A stretch of 32,000 nt of DNA from Okeania sp. (GTDB lineage: Bacteria > Cyanobacteriota > Cyanobacteriia > Cyanobacteriales > Microcoleaceae), in NCBI RefSeq assembly GCF_035285525.1, contig NZ_JAYKGW010000209.1, positions 1-32,000 of the forward strand. The letters are read 5' to 3'. Shown here piece after piece: positions 16,562-23,732 of this stretch. Position 1 is the first letter of the stretch; each line of letters opens with the position of its first letter. The notes beneath the pieces are model-generated. The model was not told the origin of the DNA. It worked only from the letters and a program-made list of their open reading frames with translations, and searched no databases. Position numbers and translations under genes: made by a program.

Positions 16562-19500
16562 TCATGCATTGCTGTCAAATAATAATTCCACAGTTCCCTT
16601 ATACCCATCTACCCTAACTTTTTGCCCATCCTCTAAACGAGTCATTGCTCCAGAAACATTCATTACTGCCGGAATGCCATATTCCCGCGCAATAATAGCA
16701 CCGTGGGATAACTGCCCCCCCACCTCTGCAATAATACCTTTTGCCTTCAACAACAAAGGTGCCCAACCAGCATCGGTATAAGGTACAACTATAATTAGAT
16801 TTTCCGACTCAGGCAGATTTACCTCTAAACTCCCACAAACCTTGACATAACCTTCGACACAACCAACACTCCCTGGTATCCCTTCTAAAATAGAAACATT
16901 TTCCTCAGTAGAGATAGTTTTCTGGCTTTCTTGGGGTAATATATTCCCATAAACCACAGAAGGAACTTGGCGATCGCGATCTTTTGCCAACTGTTCTTTT
17001 CTTTCATGGATAAGTTGTTTGAGATGGTGAGATGGGGGGATAGGGAGTTGAGGCGATCGCTTGTTTTTTTCTTCAGTTCCTAGACTATTTCTTGGGTTTC
17101 GTTCCTCAACCCAACCTACTGTTAGAATCCATTGCCTAATTTCCGGAAATTCTAAATAAAAAATATCTCCTTTTTCTTCAAAAATTTCTGCCTCTAATCC
17201 ATAACTTTCTATTGCCAAAAACGTCATTCGTAAATAAGCTAAAAGTTTCCCATAAACTTCAGCAATTTTACCTTTAGTTCTGGCACGTTTTGCACATTTT
17301 GCTAGTCGCCACCTCTGCCAGAAATTTAAAGACTTTACTGAAAAATTATCTTTTTCCCTCTCATCTTTTCCTGTCATTCCAAATAATAACTGACGGAAAT
17401 TATCGGGTTTTTCTCCCCAAGTTGCCACTGCAATATCCGTACCAACTTCACTCAAATAACCATAACTTTCTAACCATTGCTGAAATTCCTTTTGTAATTC
17501 CTGATTTTTCTCAAATTCTGCCTCTATTTCTCCATCAGAATTAGTTGCCATTTTTAACTTAACTGCCAACTTTTGTAATTCTCGAATCGAAACAATTTCT
17601 GGAGCAGTATCAGTAGGCAACCATTCCTCAGAAATTTGGAACAGCGATCGCCTAATCGCCAAACCTATAGGACCCAAAATATTATAAAAAGTAATTGGTT
17701 TTAACCATTCTTGAATTTTTTCTGCTTGCTCTAATAATTCTGATAAAGACTGAGATAAATTTTGTTTAAAATTATTCTCTAAACTTTCTAACGCTGGAAC
17801 AAAAATTTGATAATAATCCCGTTCAAACTCATCATCAACCGTCATTTCTTTTTTAATCAAACGCCATAAACCAGGCAAAGAAGGCAACACTTTTCCTAAT
17901 GGTGGTTTTCCCATTTTTTGCCCTCGTAATAAAAACTCTAAACCCTGTTCTGGCAAACCCATCATTCTAAAAATTTCCCCTAACAAAGTAGCATTAAAAT
18001 AAGCATAGGAACCTAACAAAGTTGCGGTTTCGGTAAAGTCTAATTTGGCTACCTTTTCCCCTAAAACGATAGTAAAAATTTCTCCCCAAACCCCACAAGT
18101 CAGAGGGCGATTTATCGACCAAGTTAAAGGATGAATAGCTCCGGGAATTACTTCTGCTGCAATAGTTCGAGTCCAGATAGGTCTCAAATTAGTAATCGGA
18201 CGACTTTGCAAAATCCAAACCTTTTCCCCATCCCAACACCATTCAATATCTTGAGGTAAACCATGAAAAAATGCTTCAATTGTTTCTGCTTGATTTACCA
18301 ATTCTTGAATAGTTCCTTCTGGTAAAATATTCTGATTTTCTAAACCAACATATTTTTCAGTCTCATCATAATTTTCTATTTTTTCCTCTCTTTCATTTAC
18401 CAATTCTTTAGTGATTTCCAGAGGTAAAATATCTTGACATTCTGAATCAGAACTTTTGTCTTTTTCTTTTGAGTTTAATAACTCGTCGTCTATAGGATAT
18501 TTAAAATTAGTTGAAGTTTGAGTAACCACCCACTTCTTATCCCCCCCCTTCAAAAGGGAGATTTCTTCTTTCCCCCCCCTTTCAAAGGGGGGCAAGGGGG
18601 GATTCCTTCTTCCTTCTTCAACAATTTCTAAATGCACAGGAGTTAACTGCCCACCCACAACTTTTTCCGCACCTCCAGGCAGAGCTTCAATAATTATTTT
18701 TGCACCACCATCCAAAGGATTACGAGTAAACATTACTCCCGCTACTTTACTCTTAATATAAGGCTGAATTAATACTCCCATTTCTGCATCAGGAATTTCT
18801 CTTTGTCGCCGATAAGCAACAGCATCTGGCAACCAATAAGATTGACGACAAATATTAATCGCCTCCAATAATTCCGTTTTATTTCTGACAGGAAAAATAG
18901 TTTTATATTGTCCCGCAGCCGAACTATTATCGCTATCTTCTCCAACTGCTGAAGAACGAACAATTAAGGGAAAACTCCCAGACATTTTCTCTAATTTATC
19001 TAGAATTTTATCTACTGATAAAAATAGAGAATCAGGAATAGATTTTTTCTGTTCATTCCCTACCATTAATGCAGGTAAAACTAAACCTTCAGGAATATTA
19101 AAGCCAGCTTTTTTTAATAGAGATAATCTAGCTGCTTTTTCTCCACAAATTTTAGTATCTAGTTTACTATCGAGAGAAAATATAGATTGTTTATTTAAAG
19201 CCATATCATCACTTTGAATAAAATTTATTACTGCTAAGAAAATGACTAATACTGCCATTGCCAACAATTCAGAAAAAGACGGTTCCTGGCGAAATAATAA
19301 AACCGATAGAAAGCCACTGAGACATCCTAAACGAGCTGACCATTGACGAACATTTTGATTTTTTTGAGGAAATAGTTGTTTGCCGATTACTAATATTAAA
19401 CAACCTATAATTCCCGAAGCCAAAGCAACAATAGGAGAATAAACCAAAACTCCCCAAGTAGCATTAGTAACACCACCACCTTGAGCAATAAAATATCTAC

Positions 19501-19795
19501 CCGCTACTAAAAATATTAATCCTAATAATTGCCAAAAAGGAATTTCTGGAAATAATAATTTTGCTGCTAAAACCGGAGCAATACCTCTACTAATTTCTGC
19601 AAAAACCGCGACTATTGCCACAGGTTTCGGTGCGTGAACAAATGCGGCAGATACACCAACATTACCTGTACCAACCTTTTTTAAGTCGATATTTGCTAGA
19701 TTTTTAACTATTAAATTAGTTAGAGGAAAAGCACCGAGACAAAAGGATAAAATTAGAAATAATATTGCAATTAATATTTGCATATCAAGAAACAT
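16562..19795 (-). CDS. Fusion protein: N-terminal PlsY-like polytopic membrane domain, then a PPDK_N-type ATP-grasp domain, a long middle region, and a C-terminal PEP-utilizer swivel-His domain
   Basis: Residues 1-~195 are hydrophobic helices with KKVGTGNVGVSAAF (compare PlsY GSGNxGATN) and GGGVTNAT. Then come IVRSSAVGEDSDNSSAAGQYKTI, GVMFTRNPLDGG and PQDIEWCW..ILQSRPIT (ATP-grasp of the PEP synthase/PPDK family). The C-terminus has TDAGWAPLLLKAKGIIAEVGGQLSHGAIIAREYGIPAVMNV (phospho-His swivel domain). No TIM-barrel PEP/pyruvate domain follows. Confidence 0.85.
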   Translation of the reverse strand: MFLDMQILIAILFLILSFCLGAFPLTNLIVKNLANIDLKKVGTGNVGVSAAFVHAPKPVAIVAVFAEISRGIAPVLAAKLLFPEIPFWQLLGLIFLVAGRYFIAQGGGVTNATWGVLVYSPIVALASGIIGCLILVIGKQLFPQKNQNVRQWSARLGCLSGFLSVLLFRQEPSFSELLAMAVLVIFLAVINFIQSDDMALNKQSIFSLDSKLDTKICGEKAARLSLLKKAGFNIPEGLVLPALMVGNEQKKSIPDSLFLSVDKILDKLEKMSGSFPLIVRSSAVGEDSDNSSAAGQYKTIFPVRNKTELLEAINICRQSYWLPDAVAYRRQREIPDAEMGVLIQPYIKSKVAGVMFTRNPLDGGAKIIIEALPGGAEKVVGGQLTPVHLEIVEEGRRNPPLPPFERGGKEEISLLKGGDKKWVVTQTSTNFKYPIDDELLNSKEKDKSSDSECQDILPLEITKELVNEREEKIENYDETEKYVGLENQNILPEGTIQELVNQAETIEAFFHGLPQDIEWCWDGEKVWILQSRPITNLRPIWTRTIAAEVIPGAIHPLTWSINRPLTCGVWGEIFTIVLGEKVAKLDFTETATLLGSYAYFNATLLGEIFRMMGLPEQGLEFLLRGQKMGKPPLGKVLPSLPGLWRLIKKEMTVDDEFERDYYQIFVPALESLENNFKQNLSQSLSELLEQAEKIQEWLKPITFYNILGPIGLAIRRSLFQISEEWLPTDTAPEIVSIRELQKLAVKLKMATNSDGEIEAEFEKNQELQKEFQQWLESYGYLSEVGTDIAVATWGEKPDNFRQLLFGMTGKDEREKDNFSVKSLNFWQRWRLAKCAKRARTKGKIAEVYGKLLAYLRMTFLAIESYGLEAEIFEEKGDIFYLEFPEIRQWILTVGWVEERNPRNSLGTEEKNKRSPQLPIPPSHHLKQLIHERKEQLAKDRDRQVPSVVYGNILPQESQKTISTEENVSILEGIPGSVGCVEGYVKVCGSLEVNLPESENLIIVVPYTDAGWAPLLLKAKGIIAEVGGQLSHGAIIAREYGIPAVMNVSGAMTRLEDGQKVRVDGYKGTVELLFDSNA

Positions 19796-19856
19796 ATTTA
19801 CTATTATCGAATATTTTGATTTTTTCGAGTCAAGACTTATTTATCTATTACTAACA

Positions 19857-19943
19857 AGACTTACGTAGAAACCATATATATAGCGCTCAAAACTATAGCG
19901 CTATAGTTTTGAGCGCTATATCTATTACCTTTGCGTAAGTCCT
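19857..19943. repeat. MITE-like element (AGACTTACG...CGTAAGTCCT termini) containing a 44-bp perfect palindrome
   Basis: The palindrome ATATAGCGCTCAAAACTATAGC|GCTATAGTTTTGAGCGCTATAT is at 19878-19921. The element is a direct-orientation partner of 22230-22318. Confidence 0.9.
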
Positions 19944-19945
19944 GG

Positions 19946-20515
19946 CTAATATAAAAAAACAGTTATTCCCAAAGCCAAAGCAACAATAGGATAATAAATC
20001 AAAACTCCGCAACTAGCATTAGTAACATCACCACCTTGAGCAATGAAATATCTACCTACCACTAGAAATATTAATCCTATTAATTGCCAAGTAGGAATTT
20101 CTGGAAATAATAATTTTGCTGCTAAAACCGAAGCAATGCTTCTACTAATTTCTGCCAAGACAGCAAATATTGCGACAGGTTTCCGTTAATCCTAATAATT
20201 ACTAAGAAGGAATTTCTGGAAATAATAATTTTGCTGCTAAAACTAGAGCAATACCTCTAGTAATTTCCGCCAAGACAACAAATATTGCCACAGGTTTCCA
20301 TGTGTGAACAAATGTGGTTGCCACACGAACATTACCTGTACCAAATTTTATTAAGTCGATATTTGCCAGATTTATGACTATTCAGCACTTATGCCAAGGT
20401 ACTGATTATATATAGAGTTTAAAAACTATTGCACAGAGGAAAAGCACCGAGACAAAAGGAGAAAGTTAGAAATAATACTGGAATCAATATTTGCATATCA
20501 AGAAACATATTTATA
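19946..20515 (-). pseudogene. Decayed partial duplicate of the 5' end (about codons 1-135, the PlsY-like domain) of the adjacent fusion gene
   Basis: About 85-90% nt identity by eye to 19390-19795, including the ATG and 8 upstream nt. It contains stops and frameshifts, an internal duplication of the KPVAI...LLFPEIP segment (junction about 20180), and a 54-nt half-MITE insertion at 20383-20436. The track ORF 19946..20158 is its best-preserved piece. Confidence 0.88.
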
Positions 20516-21004
20516 CGGTCGCCTTGCTGTCACAGGATTAAACTGAGTATCCACAAATTCCACTGGTTCGTAAGTCTCAATCCACAAATGTGCGCCACAA
20601 GGCAAGGGTTCATAAGGTTTATAAACTATACGACACCTACCTTCGAGAATCATCTGATAACCCATATCATTACGATTTGTTTGCTTCAAGGCAACTACTG
20701 GCATTAATTGGTCAGAAGTCATTAGAGGATCGTTCTTAATTCTCTTGGCATTTGCTTTAATCAAACTTTGATTAACATGAATCTTGGTCGGAGTTTTACG
20801 CCTGCGATGGCACCAAACACCTTTCGGACCTCTTTTGCCTTCTATAATGATAGGCATCTCCTCTTTTCCATAAACAGGAATGCGCCAAAATCCTCTTTGA
20901 TCCTTGTACCCACCCTTGATTCTACCTTCTCTAAGTAAATCTCTAACTCTTTGAGAACAAATACCCAATATAAAAGATGCTTCTTTGGTTCCAATATACG
21001 TCAT
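20498..21004 (-). CDS. Hypothetical protein: N-terminal excisionase/MerR-like HTH plus a basic linker and a ~100-aa domain of unknown function
   Basis: GTKEASFILGICSQRVRDLLREGRIKGGYKDQRGFWRIP fits the HTH_17/excisionase pattern (LG.s..tv.r....G.i.......g.W.Ip). I could not recognise the rest. The ATG lies 6 nt downstream of a TATAGCGCTATAGTTTT palindrome. The stop overlaps the ATG of the pseudo-PlsY copy (ATGTTTCTTGA). Confidence 0.55.
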   Translation of the reverse strand: MTYIGTKEASFILGICSQRVRDLLREGRIKGGYKDQRGFWRIPVYGKEEMPIIIEGKRGPKGVWCHRRRKTPTKIHVNQSLIKANAKRIKNDPLMTSDQLMPVVALKQTNRNDMGYQMILEGRCRIVYKPYEPLPCGAHLWIETYEPVEFVDTQFNPVTARRPYKYVS

Positions 21005-21182
21005 TTTTAGTATAGCGCTATAGTTTTAGGATGTACTATTTATCATATGTAAATTAATTGTATTTATCATACAAGTATTTTTCGTAACATTAGCTACATT
21101 AATAAAAAAATAGTCAGCTAATGGTGTTTATGTCTAATTCATACAAATATTTTTACTCATAAGTAAACCTAGAATATTATAT

Positions 21183-22221
21183 TAGACTTGTCGCTAAATA
21201 AAACCTGGAAACTGGCAAAACAAAATTGTTAAATCCTCGGTTGCATCCATTAACTTATGCTGCTATTAAATAGAAATTCCATAGTCCTACAGCAGTTAAC
21301 GCGACAGCGATCGTCTAAATATTTGAGCCTATTTCTATAGATTGCTGTTGTTGCATTGTATCTTTTTACTCCTGATCTTGTGTGTTCACACAGATACGCG
21401 AACACTACTTTTTTCTCGGTTTGATTGTTTCTGTTTATCTGTTAATTCTTTTTTTCTCGGCTTTTTCGTGGGTATTTTGATGTTAACAAATTCTTTTTGT
21501 AATCCCTGAAAACCTGAATCCACATGAATTGTCACTTCCGAAAAGCACAAATTCTGCCAGTTTTTCTTCATCTAGTTGCCGTTTATCATGCACCTTACCC
21601 CCTCGCGATGAGTGAAAGCACTAAAACTCTCTTATTCTCGTCTGTCATAATTAAATGTTGACTCGTATGACGCTTTTTTTTACCTGAGTAATGCTCTTTC
21701 TGCTTCTGTTGCTCTTTTGGACGTTGAATTGGGCGTTCTGTACCATCAATCATTACTTCTCTAGCTGATGGAAATTTGCTCATAAATTCTCCGACACTTT
21801 CTAATTTACGTTCTGGTAAGGCCATTTTTTTCCCCAATGACTTCTCCAGTATTGCTTGTAGTCTTAACATCCAACGGTGTGCTCGACTGCGGTGCAAGTC
21901 AAACAATACCCCCGCTACATCAAAGGTAGGATAACATTTAAAATAGAACAAAATCAAAAATAGTTGATCTTTGGCTTCTGGCAATCTCGCCTTTCTACTT
22001 CCTCCTCTGGCTCGGAGTCTAGGCTTTTGGGTTCTGGCGATCGCTTCCAAGTCAAGCTGGACAGAAAAAACTTCCAACAATTCATCAAATGCTTTACGGT
22101 TTAGTCCCGTTAATGCTCTTAATAGTCTATCTTCTTTTAGCACTCGATTAATGTCCAGCATTTTTTCATCTCATCTTTATAGATACTAACCATTACTTTA
22201 CCTTATTAAGCGACAAGTCTA
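21183..22221 (-). mobile_element. Degenerate IS (~1.04 kb) of the IS5-like / DDE_Tnp_4 (Harbinger-type) kind with recognisable terminal inverted repeats
   Basis: Terminal inverted repeats are TAGACTTGTCGCT(A)AATAA at 21183-21201 and TTATT(A)AGCGACAAGTCTA at 22203-22221. A possible 3-bp ATT duplication flanks them if the ends are trimmed by 1 nt. A transposase reading frame fills the interior. Confidence 0.75.
21250..22161 (-). pseudogene. Frameshifted DDE transposase (HTH_Tnp_4 + DDE_Tnp_4-like)
   Basis: The 188-aa ORF carries IDGTERPIQRPK...YSGKKKRHT. The 61-aa ORF carries VDSGFQGLQK...PTKKPRKKELT..K..NR..S..RV. After another frame change at about 21386 the tail reads VEHTRSGVKRY....YRNR. 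At least two, and probably three, frameshifts are needed to join them. Confidence 0.8.
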
Positions 22222-22229
22222 TTTAATTA

Positions 22230-22318
22230 GAACTTACGCATAGACCATAGATATAGCGTTAAAAACTATAGCGCTATAGTTTTTGAACTCTATATATACT
22301 ACCTCCCGTGTAATTCCT
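22230..22318. repeat. MITE-like element, same family and orientation as 19857-19943
   Basis: GAACTTACGCATAGACCATAGATATAGCGTTAAAAACTATAGCGCTATAGTTTTTGAACTCTATATATACTACCT...TAATTCCT aligns position-for-position with the 19857 copy. The palindrome is slightly degraded. Confidence 0.85.
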
Positions 22319-22325
22319 ATTAATT

Positions 22326-23732
22326 TTACACTCTTGAATTAATTTCAATCTGATAATTGTCTGCAATTCTTTTAATAGGAAATTGAACAAACTTTGGTTC
22401 ACCTATTATTTTCCACTCAAACATCCGTAGCAAATGAGATGCAAAAATTTTACTAATTATCATTGCCATCTGCGCTCCTAAACAACCATGCACTCCACCC
22501 CCGAAAGGAATAAATTTGTAAATTTGACCTTCATTACGTTCTGGCAAAAAACGTTCTGGTTCAAATTTCTCTGGTTCCTGAAAATGTTCTGGCATAATGT
22601 GAGCTATCCTGGGTTCTGCCATTAAAGTCCAGCCTTTTTCATAGAGCATACCATCAACAACAACAGATTTTGTTAACCGACGACTAGCAGTGGAACTTGG
22701 TGGTAAAGTGCGGAGAGTTTCTTTAATCGTTGCCTCCAGAAAAGTCATCTGTTTTAAATGCTCTGGTGAAAATTCACTAATATTATTATTTTCACCTAAT
22801 ATCTGTTCTTGCTCTTGTCGTAACTTTTGCAATATTTGGGGATATTTTCCAAGTTGATATATTAGAGAACATACAAATCCGGAAATTTCGTAGTGGGATG
22901 CCCACAACTGCAAAAGACATTGATTTTTGATCAGAATATCTATAAATATTCCATCTGGATTTTCCTGCTGACCAACTAACATCATTGACAAAAAGTCTTG
23001 AGTAGGATTAATATTTTCCTCTTCTCCCAATCGTCGCTTAATAACTGCATCCATAAATTCAATCAACTTTTTTCGTGCTGTTATTCCGCGCCCATAAGCA
23101 GTTAAAGGAGATTGCCACTTCAGCAATCCATAAAAACCATCAAAATAGGTTTTGTATAAAGCTTTTAATTCTGCTTTTGAAGAAATTGGTAATCCCTCAA
23201 AAGTAGTAGAGTCGGAATCGTTTAAACTAATTCCTAATAGTAGGGGAGTAAGTATATCAAAACTAATTTTCTCTACTGCTGGATATAACTGAATTTTTTG
23301 ACTACCCCATGTTTTGATGCCTTGATAAATAATGTTATTAATGTGGGGAATATATCCTGCTAATGTTGCACCAGTTAAACCAGGTGCTAATGCTGATTTA
23401 CGTTGACTGTGTAGATCGGGACGTTGAAATAAACTGTACTCGCCAAACATTTCCATTGTAGTTGCTGGCAATGCAATTTCTGTATATTTATTGTCTCCAT
23501 TAAATGCCATTTTATTTGCATTAGCACTTCCTATAAATACTGTCGTTCCACCAAAAACACCAGTTTTGAATATAGGACCATATTTTTTGAAGTTTTCACT
23601 ACAGAAGCGATCAGGATTAGCTATGTAATTAAATGTGTCATGCCATTTTGGTTTTCGTGGTGGAATTTTAGTTTCCTCTGGTGCTGTTTCTCCATCAGCT
23701 AATAATAGTAATTCAGTTGTTTGTAAGTTCAT
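22326..23732 (-). CDS. Cytochrome P450
   Basis: Heme-thiolate loop FIPFGGGVHGCLGAQMA, EXXR (ETLR), PERF (FEPERFLP), 468 aa. It generally resembles cyanobacterial CYP120-type P450s, but the family assignment is not verified. Confidence 0.9.
   Translation of the reverse strand: MNLQTTELLLLADGETAPEETKIPPRKPKWHDTFNYIANPDRFCSENFKKYGPIFKTGVFGGTTVFIGSANANKMAFNGDNKYTEIALPATTMEMFGEYSLFQRPDLHSQRKSALAPGLTGATLAGYIPHINNIIYQGIKTWGSQKIQLYPAVEKISFDILTPLLLGISLNDSDSTTFEGLPISSKAELKALYKTYFDGFYGLLKWQSPLTAYGRGITARKKLIEFMDAVIKRRLGEEENINPTQDFLSMMLVGQQENPDGIFIDILIKNQCLLQLWASHYEISGFVCSLIYQLGKYPQILQKLRQEQEQILGENNNISEFSPEHLKQMTFLEATIKETLRTLPPSSTASRRLTKSVVVDGMLYEKGWTLMAEPRIAHIMPEHFQEPEKFEPERFLPERNEGQIYKFIPFGGGVHGCLGAQMAMIISKIFASHLLRMFEWKIIGEPKFVQFPIKRIADNYQIEINSRV

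Noticed and set aside
16509-19457. ORFs 16509..16781(+), 17290..17544(+), 18769..18963(-), 19269..19457(-)
   Set aside because: They are antisense or out-of-frame ORFs inside the 1077-aa CDS.
20429-20707. 92-aa plus-strand ORF
   Set aside because: It is antisense to the HTH ORF and to the pseudo-PlsY start region.
21971-22189. 72-aa plus-strand ORF
   Set aside because: It is antisense to the transposase pseudogene.
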